DNA of 37,240 bases from Candidatus Nomurabacteria bacterium (GCA_020632215.1 JACKFZ010000001.1:83444-120683), one strand, 5' to 3'. Shown: positions 24,344-32,835, numbered from the stretch's first letter. Program-made: numbers and translations. The notes: a model not told the origin generated them from the sequence alone.

Positions 24344-25469
24344 GGCTGATGATCATTTCTAGCACTTCTTCGGCTATTAGTCTAGCAGCTTCTGGCATTG
24401 CAAATTCTTTGGCTGCATCGCTCATCTCTTGTATATATTTGCTATCGGTTAATATGATTTCTATTTCATTGAGAAGTATTTCTGGAGATAAATTGTTTTC
24501 TTCTATAACTTCGGCAGCACCGCTTCTGGCGTAGTTAAAAGCGTTAGTTCTTTGATCATGAGAAACATCCTCGGGAATTGGAATAATAATACTTGGCTTA
24601 CCCCACAAAGCGATTTCAAAAATAGATGAACCTGCTCTAGAAATGACTAGATCAGCAGCACCAGCAGACATTCTGATAGCAAGATCATTCATGTAATCAA
24701 AAGGTTTATACCTATTTTTATAAAAAGAAGTGTCTAGCATGAGATCCGCAGTATCTTTTACTTCTTTGAAATTATTTTTTCCAGTCTGATGAATGATTTG
24801 ATATCGAGATACCAATTGTTCTAATGTGTCTAAGACGGCATTGTTAATAGCCATTGAACCTTGTGATCCACCAAGAATAAGAATGGTCGGCAAATCTGGT
24901 TCTAGACCAAGAAATTCATGAGCACCTTCTTTGGCTGGTACTTGTATTTCTGTGCGAACAGGACAACCTGTCAGAGCAATGACATCTTGTTTATTTTTTG
25001 GAAAATATTGTGCAGCTTCTGGATACGATATAGCAATTTTCTTGGCAAACTTCCCTGCCCAAGCATTTACTTTTCCTGGCTTACTATCTGATTCATGAAT
25101 AATGACTGGAATATGCAAAATCTTTGCGGCTACTAAAACGGGAAAACTACCATAACCTCCCTTCCCCACAATAACATCAGGATAAATCCAAAAGACGGTC
25201 CAAAGCGCCTTCAAAATCCCGATGGCTGTTTTGAACAAATCAAAAAAATTTAAAATAGAAGCGTATCGTCTAATTTTTCCTGCAAAGACTTTTTTATAAA
25301 TAATGCCATTATCAAAAAGTATTCCTTTGTTATATGGAGTAGGAGCTAGAAAATATATTTCCGGATCAATCAGCTTGTTCTCTCTGGTGATATTTCTCAT
25401 CTCTTCGACAATAGAAATAATCGGATAAAAATGTCCACCTGTTACTCCCCCTGTAAAAACTATTTTCAT
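24336..25469 (-). CDS. murG: Undecaprenyl-PP-MurNAc-pentapeptide GlcNAc transferase
   Basis: GGVTGGH, GKGGYGS, HESD, GGSQGS and SRAG motifs. Confidence 0.93.
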   Translation of the reverse strand: MKIVFTGGVTGGHFYPIISIVEEMRNITRENKLIDPEIYFLAPTPYNKGILFDNGIIYKKVFAGKIRRYASILNFFDLFKTAIGILKALWTVFWIYPDVIVGKGGYGSFPVLVAAKILHIPVIIHESDSKPGKVNAWAGKFAKKIAISYPEAAQYFPKNKQDVIALTGCPVRTEIQVPAKEGAHEFLGLEPDLPTILILGGSQGSMAINNAVLDTLEQLVSRYQIIHQTGKNNFKEVKDTADLMLDTSFYKNRYKPFDYMNDLAIRMSAGAADLVISRAGSSIFEIALWGKPSIIIPIPEDVSHDQRTNAFNYARSGAAEVIEENNLSPEILLNEIEIILTDSKYIQEMSDAAKEFAMPEAARLIAEEVLEMIISHE

Positions 25470-26569
25470 GAATTTTTCTGATATCTTGAAATATTAAATA
25501 AAATACCAACTGAGGATAAGGTCACAAACAAGGCTGAACCTCCGTGACTAACAAAAATCAAAGGTAATCCAGATAGAGGTATTAACCCAAGCATTGCCAT
25601 TATATTGGTAAAAGATTGTACGGTAATTAGTATAACAATTCCTATTGCCACTAGTCCACCGAATAAATCAGTAGAATTAGCCGCTATTTTTAGTCCTCGC
25701 CATAGGAATGCTACAAAGAGTGCCAATAACAACAAAGTGCCCAAGAAGCCGAATTCTTCGGCATATACAGCGAATATAGAGTCTCCAATAGGTTCAGGTA
25801 AGAAATTGAACTTTTGTAAACTTTGACCAAAACCACGACCATGAAAACCTCCAGACCCTATCGCAATCAATGATTGTTGAATCTGATACCCTGATCCTAG
25901 AGCATCTGATGTTGGATCTAGAAAAGTAAGTAGTCTGTCTTTCAAATATGGTCTAAAAGTTAGGAGTAAAGCCAAGCATATCAATCCAATACCGACAATA
26001 GATAAAATATGTTTCCACTTACCTCCTGCTACAAAATACATGGAAACTAAAGCAGAAACTAAAACAACATAAGTATCAGTGTCTGGTTGTAGTAATAAAA
26101 CAATGCCCACTACTCCTGCCACAATTCCTAATGGTATCAATCCGTACTTCAAAGTCTCTACCTTGTTCTTCACTCCTGAAAACCAAGTAGCCATGTATAG
26201 AATGGTCGTGATTTTCAAAAGTTCTGATGGTTGAAAAGATAATGGACCAAGTAGTAACCACCTCTTTGCTCCTCCAGCTTCTAGTCCTAGGCCTGGGATG
26301 AAAACTAGAATAGTTAGAAACAAGGATATGATAAATAGCCAAAAAGCATATTGTCTCCAAAAAGTGAATTTAATTTTAGAAGTTATAAAAGCAAAAATTC
26401 CTCCAAGAACTAGTCCAAATAAAAGTTGATTCAAAACTAATGAAGAAAATCGCCCACTATCTCTAGCGGTGATTCCAAGTGATGCAGAAAGGAAAATAAA
26501 AAAGCCAATAACTACTAGGAATACAACAATTAGCAAAATAGGTCTGTCTATTTTAGGAACTCGAGGCAT
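25466..26569 (-). CDS. ftsW: SEDS family peptidoglycan polymerase
   Basis: GAKRWL, FQPSELLK, QPD, GYQIQQS, LPEPIGDSIF and GLPLIFVSHGGS motifs; directly upstream of murG. Confidence 0.88.
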   Translation of the reverse strand: MPRVPKIDRPILLIVVFLVVIGFFIFLSASLGITARDSGRFSSLVLNQLLFGLVLGGIFAFITSKIKFTFWRQYAFWLFIISLFLTILVFIPGLGLEAGGAKRWLLLGPLSFQPSELLKITTILYMATWFSGVKNKVETLKYGLIPLGIVAGVVGIVLLLQPDTDTYVVLVSALVSMYFVAGGKWKHILSIVGIGLICLALLLTFRPYLKDRLLTFLDPTSDALGSGYQIQQSLIAIGSGGFHGRGFGQSLQKFNFLPEPIGDSIFAVYAEEFGFLGTLLLLALFVAFLWRGLKIAANSTDLFGGLVAIGIVILITVQSFTNIMAMLGLIPLSGLPLIFVSHGGSALFVTLSSVGILFNISRYQKNS

Positions 26570-26674
26570 GGGGTTATTTTACAAGGTTTGAGGATTTTTA
26601 AAAAGAGAGTTTTACAAAATTATCTGTGAGTGTTGGGGTATGTCTCGGAGAACTTTTGAGTTCTAAACTAGTCT

Positions 26675-27538
26675 GTGATTCAACCATACACCGCAATGAA
26701 CAGAAGAATATTCGTGATCAATTGTAACGGCCAAAGATTTGGAATTACCGCCAATCAGGCTGTAAACGACGATTTTTTAATTTTGAGCTTGTTGGTTATT
26801 AAAAACATTGGTGATTTAAACGATAAATTAAACAAAAATGCTCAGCCAGTCAAAGCTCTTGTCAAAGAAAATAAAAATAAGGCTATTCAAGATTTATTAG
26901 CAGTTGGTAAAAAAGATGAAGTTATTAACATATTACGTGGAAACTATAGGTTTGAAATGAAATTTGATCATATTAGTAATGGTGATAGAAAACCATATTA
27001 TAAAAATATGATTGATATCTTTCTTGCTGATTCGGATAATAGGTTCTCTGCAATGGTTGTAGATAAAGAACATAAAGATTTTAATAACAATGAACTAGGA
27101 GATGCGTGGGAAACATATACAAAGTATATAGCAATGTTAGTAGCTACTGAAATGGCTAAATTAAGTTCTAATGATGAGCTTTGTTTAGTAGTAGATGAGA
27201 TTTCTAAACCTCAAACTAAAACATTATCACTAGAGGATGCTGTTCTCAGTAAACTTAGAGACCACATAACAAACATATCAAATTTAGATTTCAATAAAAT
27301 TTTTGGGTGTTTTAGTATTGAATCACATTCAAATATGCCAATGCAGTTATGCGATGTTCTTTTGGGCTCTGTAATGTATGATTACAAAAAACAGGCTGGT
27401 TTAACATCTGAAAGAACAGAAATAAAGAAAGAGGATTTTGTAAGTAATTTAAGGAAAGCTTTTTCTGTGGATTCTTTAGCTAAAGAATTTACTTTTGAAT
27501 CAAAAGCCTATTTTAATGTGTTTGAGTGCTCTCAATAA
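26675..27538 (+). CDS. DUF3800-like (RNase H-like fold) protein
   Basis: FEMKF...YYKNMIDIF...RFSAMVVDK and SHSNMPMQLCDVLLG resemble DUF3800. The expected N-terminal DES motif is not visible and the start is uncertain. Confidence 0.65.
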   Translation: MIQPYTAMNRRIFVINCNGQRFGITANQAVNDDFLILSLLVIKNIGDLNDKLNKNAQPVKALVKENKNKAIQDLLAVGKKDEVINILRGNYRFEMKFDHISNGDRKPYYKNMIDIFLADSDNRFSAMVVDKEHKDFNNNELGDAWETYTKYIAMLVATEMAKLSSNDELCLVVDEISKPQTKTLSLEDAVLSKLRDHITNISNLDFNKIFGCFSIESHSNMPMQLCDVLLGSVMYDYKKQAGLTSERTEIKKEDFVSNLRKAFSVDSLAKEFTFESKAYFNVFECSQ

Positions 27539-27543
27539 ATAAA

Positions 27544-27620
27544 AAGGAAACGACACGCAAAAGCGTGCCGTTCCTTCGCGGGTCATAGACAAGAAACCTA
27601 CACCCACTAAATATACTATA
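27544..27620 (-). ncRNA. Candidate small RNA convergent on the DUF3800 gene
   Basis: Minus-strand TTGTTT-17-TATAAT (27655-27627). The terminal hairpin cggcacgc-tttt-gcgtgtcg pairs fully only on the minus strand (G:U) and is followed by Ts. Confidence 0.45.
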
Positions 27621-27745
27621 CCTAAAATTATACACTTTATTTCTGACTCAAACAAAGTCAAAGAATCTTGTGTGGATAACTAAAATATATATCATTATTA
27701 CTAGCATATTGTAAGAAAAAAGTCAATATGTAGGTTTTCTCTAAT

Positions 27746-29350
27746 TTAAACCCTCACTTTCTGATATTTCTTCCCTTTCATAAAAACATTCATAAAATAC
27801 TTTCTTAGATTTTCATCACAAATGTAAACATAAGTTCCTTTGATTCCTCGTGTTAATAAGGTTTTATAAATATTAATAATATATTGTTCTAATTCTTCTG
27901 GAGAAGCAGATCTTTTTCCATTAAAGTCCATGTATTTATTTTTATCTATAATAAATTTAGTATTTTCAAAATCGTATGAAATCTCTGGACCAATGATTAC
28001 ACCAGTGTAGTTTAAATCGTATCCTTGTATTGTATGAATACAACCAATTTCATTTATAGAATTTTCTGATTCTACCCAACCTTCGGTTTTACTATTCCAA
28101 ACTAGTTCTAAACCATTAATTTTTATATCAAACTTTTCTTTTTTCTTTTTTGTGTGCCAAGGCCACGCGTATCCTGCGACAACACGAGATAACCCATGAA
28201 TTTTATTATGAGTCTTTATATCAGTAATCATCTTTCCAATGTCATCATATATTTGGAAATCATAATCTTTAAAAGTGACTGGATTGAGATTTACATTTTC
28301 AAAAATACCTTCTATAAAAGAAATATATTCTTCACCACCTTCTACTCTCATTTGACTTGTTAATTCTCGTTTTGTTGCTTTTAAATTACTGAAAATTTCT
28401 CTGTTAATGTCAGCGGGTCTTATGGTTTGGTTTTGATCATATAGAAAGATATGATTTTTGGACGAATTCAATATCCAGTCTAACTGTGTGGATTCTTTAG
28501 GCAATTTTAGTTTTTTGTTTGTATCATCATAACTTTTAAAATTTGCTAGATTTAATCTTTGTTGCAGACGATGAGATTCATCAACTATTAATAAATCGTA
28601 TTTCTTTTTTGTTACATCATTTGGTCCAAGTATCATTGATGATTTTAATCCTTTAACTTTTGAAAAAACTTTTTTTATTGTTTTTCTCAATGATGTCATT
28701 GGAACAACTAAACCAATTTCTAGATTTTCGGTAGCTTCTTTTTCTTTTAAATATTTCAACAAATAAATAGCAAGAACCGTTTTTCCTGTTCCTGGTTTTC
28801 CATTTATTAAATAAGTTATATCTTGGCCATCTTTTAATTTTTTATAAATTTCCTTTACAAGTAGTAATTGATCATCACTAAGAGTTTTGTATGGAGAATA
28901 TTTGAATAAATCACTATTTTTTAATTCTTGTAGATCATTTGTAACTAATTTATGATTTCTTAATTTTTGCCAGATTATCTCTTCAAATTTAGTTTTATAT
29001 TTTTCTCGATCAAAGTAGTTATGATTTTTGAGACCACCATTTCCATTTTGTAAGGTTATAGATTCTTCGGCAGAAATATATTGTATGAGCCAAGATTCAG
29101 TGTCTAATGTTGCAGACTTATTATATTCTTGATCGCTTATAATATGGATGTTTTTTAACTTTCTTCTCTCTGGTTTTTCGAAATGTTGCTTACTTCTGTA
29201 ATAAGCATTTATTGTTTCTCCAATATACATTTCTTTACATCCTTTTATGTCTTCTATGATATAGACAACTGGCCAATTTTTTCCAAAATGGTAATTTTTA
29301 ATTTTTTCAAAACCCTCTTGTTTAAAAGGAAAAGTTATTATTTGTGTCAT
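27746..29350 (-). CDS. GIY-YIG nuclease fused to DUF2075 (Schlafen group 3-like) helicase
   Basis: VVYII...MYIGET...RSKQH (GIY-YIG), GKPGTGKT, IVDESHR, SQMRV, IHTIQGYDL and YKTLLTRG motifs. Confidence 0.88.
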   Translation of the reverse strand: MTQIITFPFKQEGFEKIKNYHFGKNWPVVYIIEDIKGCKEMYIGETINAYYRSKQHFEKPERRKLKNIHIISDQEYNKSATLDTESWLIQYISAEESITLQNGNGGLKNHNYFDREKYKTKFEEIIWQKLRNHKLVTNDLQELKNSDLFKYSPYKTLSDDQLLLVKEIYKKLKDGQDITYLINGKPGTGKTVLAIYLLKYLKEKEATENLEIGLVVPMTSLRKTIKKVFSKVKGLKSSMILGPNDVTKKKYDLLIVDESHRLQQRLNLANFKSYDDTNKKLKLPKESTQLDWILNSSKNHIFLYDQNQTIRPADINREIFSNLKATKRELTSQMRVEGGEEYISFIEGIFENVNLNPVTFKDYDFQIYDDIGKMITDIKTHNKIHGLSRVVAGYAWPWHTKKKKEKFDIKINGLELVWNSKTEGWVESENSINEIGCIHTIQGYDLNYTGVIIGPEISYDFENTKFIIDKNKYMDFNGKRSASPEELEQYIINIYKTLLTRGIKGTYVYICDENLRKYFMNVFMKGKKYQKVRV

Positions 29351-29351
29351 A

Positions 29352-29699
29352 TTAAAGTTTGTTATATTTGGTATGTTTTCCTTTGGATTTTTTTACTGGG
29401 TACTTTTTACTATTTATTTTTATTTTTCTTTCAAGAGATTTCGCAATATCTATTTTAAGATCATTAGACATTAACAGAATCCAGTATAAAACATCAGCTA
29501 ATTCTTCTGAGATTTCAGTTTTTTGTTTTTTTATATATTCTTCAATTTCTTTTTCATTTTTCCATTGAAAATGTTCTAGCACCTCTGCTGCTTCAAGAGA
29601 TAAAGAAATAGCACAATCTTTTGGGTTATGAAATTGTTTCCAATTTCTTTTATCTCGAAAGTCTGTTATTTGTTTTGTTAGTTTAGAAATCTCACCCAT
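29352..29699 (-). CDS. MazG-like nucleotide pyrophosphohydrolase
   Basis: RNWKQFHNPKD, EAAEVLE and EELADV motifs. Confidence 0.9.
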   Translation of the reverse strand: MGEISKLTKQITDFRDKRNWKQFHNPKDCAISLSLEAAEVLEHFQWKNEKEIEEYIKKQKTEISEELADVLYWILLMSNDLKIDIAKSLERKIKINSKKYPVKKSKGKHTKYNKL

Positions 29700-29708
29700 A
29701 TATAACGC

Positions 29709-29742
29709 TATTTAACCACTCCCAATCCCAAAATTCAACCTC
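29709..29742. repeat. 34-bp direct repeat, copy 1
   Basis: tatttaaccactcccaatcccaaaattcaacctc, identical at 30535-30568. Confidence 0.95.
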
Positions 29743-29861
29743 TCAAAAGTCTATATTCAGGGATGTTGATAACCTTGATTTTAGTCTAGAAAAATGATAT
29801 ACATATTGCATACCTATCTCGAGGTTAATTCGGGAAAACGATCCACAAAGACCTGACTTGC

Positions 29862-30524
29862 TCAGGCCTTTGTTTTTATTTTAGTAATGTGTTTCTTTAT
29901 TCTTTGTGCATTAATAATTAAATCTGCTGTTTTTCTCAAATAAGATGTTATGTTTCCTGCTTTTATTAGAATAATTCTTTTACCAGCCTTTTTCAAAAAA
30001 TTATTTAAATAAGTGAAATCTGAATCACCAGAAAAAAGACAAAAAGTATCATAGTGTTTTAACATTTTTATAGCATCAACAGACATTTCGACATCAAAAT
30101 TACTCTTTCTAATTTCTATATATTTTTTACCTTTTTTGTCGGTATGTAGTTCATCAAACAGACTCAGATCTTCCGATTCAGGGTAGTGTTTTATTTTTTG
30201 CAGTTTTTTAGTTATAAAGTTTCTTTTACCAAATATTTTGGCATTTACGTAAGTATATCTTTTTGATCCTAAATTATTTGGATCATATCCATAATAATTT
30301 CTAACTTTACTAGAAAATATATCAGCAAATCGTTTCAATCCCTCAAGATTAATTACTATTTTTTGATTATCATCTAATTGGTTATTGTCATAATCTTGTC
30401 GATCTTCTTCAAACCAATTGTTTACATTCCCAAAGTCTATAAATGAAAATATGTTGGCAAATTCTTCTGTTATTCCAAGATCATCACGGATATATTGTTT
30501 TTTAAATTCTTCCAGAGTAGACAT
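29862..30524 (-). CDS. NYN domain (LabA/DUF88, PIN-like) protein
   Basis: FIDFGNV, KSNFDVEM and LFSGDSDF acidic motifs. Confidence 0.88.
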   Translation of the reverse strand: MSTLEEFKKQYIRDDLGITEEFANIFSFIDFGNVNNWFEEDRQDYDNNQLDDNQKIVINLEGLKRFADIFSSKVRNYYGYDPNNLGSKRYTYVNAKIFGKRNFITKKLQKIKHYPESEDLSLFDELHTDKKGKKYIEIRKSNFDVEMSVDAIKMLKHYDTFCLFSGDSDFTYLNNFLKKAGKRIILIKAGNITSYLRKTADLIINAQRIKKHITKIKTKA

Positions 30525-30534
30525 GATTATCTGT

Positions 30535-30568
30535 TATTTAACCACTCCCAATCCCAAAATTCAACCTC
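30535..30568. repeat. 34-bp direct repeat, copy 2
   Basis: Identical to 29709-29742; abuts and overlaps the stop codon of the M48 gene. Confidence 0.95.
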
Positions 30569-31115
30569 ACACCAACCCCTTCAATTCCCTCTCCCACTTC
30601 TTATAATCTGGACAAAAGGTGGCTACTAGAGCCCAGTAACTTTTGCTGTGGTTTAGAAACTTCAAGTGGCACAGTTCGTGAATGATGACATAATCTCGGA
30701 TTTCGGGCTTAGTGAACATTAGCTTGTAGTTGAAGTTCAAATAACCTTGTGATGAACAACTTCCCCATCTACCTCTTTGATTTCTAATGCTAATTCTTTT
30801 GTATTTTAAACCAACTTTTTGACTGAGCTTCTCAACTCTCTCAGTAATCACTTTTCTAGCTTCTTCTTTATGTTTTTGATAATGCCTTTTAGAAAAAATA
30901 GTTAGATCTTTGTTTTCAATTTTATTTATCTTTTTATCTATTTTGGCTAAATGTCTTTTGATCCATTCTATATGTCTATTTACAAAAGAATGAATAGATT
31001 CTTCTTGCACTGTATAAGGAGCTACAGCTGTGACAAGGCCATTAGGAGAAATAGTGACACTCATTCTTTTAGCTCTGTAGCTTCTACGAACTTTGTAAGG
31101 GATGTTGTGGGGCAT
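30567..31115 (-). CDS. M48/YgjP (DUF45) family metallopeptidase
   Basis: RWGSCS and YVIIHELCH (HExxH) motifs. Confidence 0.9.
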   Translation of the reverse strand: MPHNIPYKVRRSYRAKRMSVTISPNGLVTAVAPYTVQEESIHSFVNRHIEWIKRHLAKIDKKINKIENKDLTIFSKRHYQKHKEEARKVITERVEKLSQKVGLKYKRISIRNQRGRWGSCSSQGYLNFNYKLMFTKPEIRDYVIIHELCHLKFLNHSKSYWALVATFCPDYKKWERELKGLV

Positions 31116-31565
31116 CTATTTAAACAATCCTACTATTTTTTCTAAAGGAATAGAAACAAGAAGTGTTCCAATGGCTACAAGTGTAAGTCCAATTCCTGTT
31201 TGTAAAGTAATTCCTTCTGCTAAAACAAAAACAGCAAGTATGGCTGTGAAAATTATAGAAAGTTTATCAATCACTGTCACAGCTACAGTTGGACCGACAG
31301 ATAAAGCTTGGTAGAAAAAGATCCAAGACAGCGCTCCTCCAACACCTGACAAAACTACAAAGACCCATTGCTTTTGAGAAAGAGATTGAATAGCGGTTAG
31401 AGAAAGTTTTCCAAAAGAAAGAGCTGCTACAGAAACAATAATAGCCATGACTATTCCTCTAATAGCCGTTAGAAGATTTGAATCAACTCCTTTCAATCCT
31501 ATCTTGGCAAAAATGGTTCCGACACTGGCCATTAATGCTCCAAGTAATGCGTAGATGATGTACAT
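31116..31565 (-). CDS. EamA family (DMT) membrane protein
   Basis: IFAKIGLKGVDSNLLTAIR, SWIFFYQALSVG and VIDKLSI motifs; hydrophobic. Confidence 0.85.
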   Translation of the reverse strand: MYIIYALLGALMASVGTIFAKIGLKGVDSNLLTAIRGIVMAIIVSVAALSFGKLSLTAIQSLSQKQWVFVVLSGVGGALSWIFFYQALSVGPTVAVTVIDKLSIIFTAILAVFVLAEGITLQTGIGLTLVAIGTLLVSIPLEKIVGLFK

Positions 31566-31608
31566 GTTGAGTTAATTTAAAGTTAATGATTGATAATGAA
31601 AATTTAAA

Positions 31609-32115
31609 TTATAACTCTTTTGAATTAAATCCGAGATTTTTTAGAAGCTGGTCTCGAACTGAGATTGCACCAACGAACAAAACAGTTTCAATATCTTCCC
31701 CAGATTTAAAAGCACCATCTTTGAGTCTTTCTGTAATGTCAGGACATAATGTTTCTAAAGCTAGAATACTTTCGGTAATTTCTCTTTCAGCATCGTAAGC
31801 AGTTTGTGGATTTTTATCTTTTACATCTTTTTCGATGACATCAATTTTTTTATTTAAGATTTGATCAATTTTGCTTTCTTCTAAAATAGCTAAACCACGT
31901 TCGTTTAACTGTCTAGGGGATTTTGCAGGCGCTGTTCTGTCAGCCCACAAATCATCAACTCTTGATTTGACTACCGAGAAATTTTTTCTGACATCCTCCA
32001 AGTCTTCTAGAATTTGTAGTTTTTTACCAGTTTTTATAAAAAAACCAATTAGTGTCGGCACACCAACTATAACAACAATAGTATTTATTATTTCAATTAA
32101 ACTCATGCTTTGCAT
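31609..32115 (-). CDS. Hypothetical protein with N-terminal TM helix
   Basis: 168-aa ORF; hydrophobic N-terminus followed by a charged helical region. Confidence 0.65.
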   Translation of the reverse strand: MQSMSLIEIINTIVVIVGVPTLIGFFIKTGKKLQILEDLEDVRKNFSVVKSRVDDLWADRTAPAKSPRQLNERGLAILEESKIDQILNKKIDVIEKDVKDKNPQTAYDAEREITESILALETLCPDITERLKDGAFKSGEDIETVLFVGAISVRDQLLKNLGFNSKEL

Positions 32116-32180
32116 TATAGCAGATTGATATGAAATAAGAATAAAATTTGTATGAAATTTAAATTTTTAGATAAAAAGAA

Positions 32181-32238
32181 GCGCCATGCCACGTGTCGCG
32201 TAAAGGCTGTTAGGCCTACGCGATTTACGTGGCGGCGC
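32181..32238 (-). terminator. Long GC-rich hairpin downstream of the orphan gene
   Basis: gcgcc...gccacgtg-tcgcgta...tacgcga...acgtggc...ggcgc; followed by ttcttttt on the minus strand. Confidence 0.6.
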
Positions 32239-32256
32239 GTCGATGTCGTTACTTAC

Positions 32257-32664
32257 CTACCGATAGACTGTCCATTCCACGACTTCTTTGAATGTAATTC
32301 CTCCTAGTCCTGGCACTGATAAGAGCTTTTGAGTCTGACAGAACATCAGTCGGATACCGGCTTCTTCAGCCAGTCTTTCAGCCAGTGCATCTACGGCAGA
32401 CTCTTCATGGGGTCCAATGTTCATGATCTCGATCCGAAAGAAGTTCTCCGGTTCGTGGGCCCCGCTCTCGTCGAAGTGGCAAAAAGTGGTTAAGAATATC
32501 AGATTGTATTCACACTGACGTTCCTTGTGCCAGCGCTTGATAATTTTGCCCAGACTGGATTCAGTGTTCAAGGTTTTTTCCTTTGTGTCTTTCCTTCGAT
32601 CTTGTGCCTCGGGGACGAAAAGGACCACTGACGGGTTAAATGTATTTATGGCAGATTTTTCCAT
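32257..32664 (-). CDS. Hypothetical protein (orphan; GC-richer)
   Basis: 135-aa ORF with an upstream minus-strand TTGACA-16-TAATGT (TG-extended) promoter and a downstream hairpin. Confidence 0.6.
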   Translation of the reverse strand: MEKSAINTFNPSVVLFVPEAQDRRKDTKEKTLNTESSLGKIIKRWHKERQCEYNLIFLTTFCHFDESGAHEPENFFRIEIMNIGPHEESAVDALAERLAEEAGIRLMFCQTQKLLSVPGLGGITFKEVVEWTVYR

Positions 32665-32780
32665 GGTACTTCGGGGTTCGGGTTCATCCGAACATTACCA
32701 TTCTTATACTAAATGTCAATTACCTGTATATATTAAAAAGATCTTGAATCAAGATCAGTATGACGGTGTTTTTATTTCTT

Positions 32781-32834
32781 CTGACGTCTGATGTCTAATT
32801 TCTGAAAACTGATCGCTGATAGCTGACAGCTGAA
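32781..32834. repeat. Eight 7-nt-periodic units directly after the mraY stop
   Basis: ctgacgt ctgatgt ctaattt ctgaaaa ctgatcg ctgatag ctgacag ctgaa. Confidence 0.85.
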
Positions 32835-32835
32835 C

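Noticed and set aside
20798-27679. oriC, based on TGTGGATAA boxes at 20798 and 27671
   Set aside because: The boxes are single and isolated, with no cluster and no dnaA/dnaN nearby.
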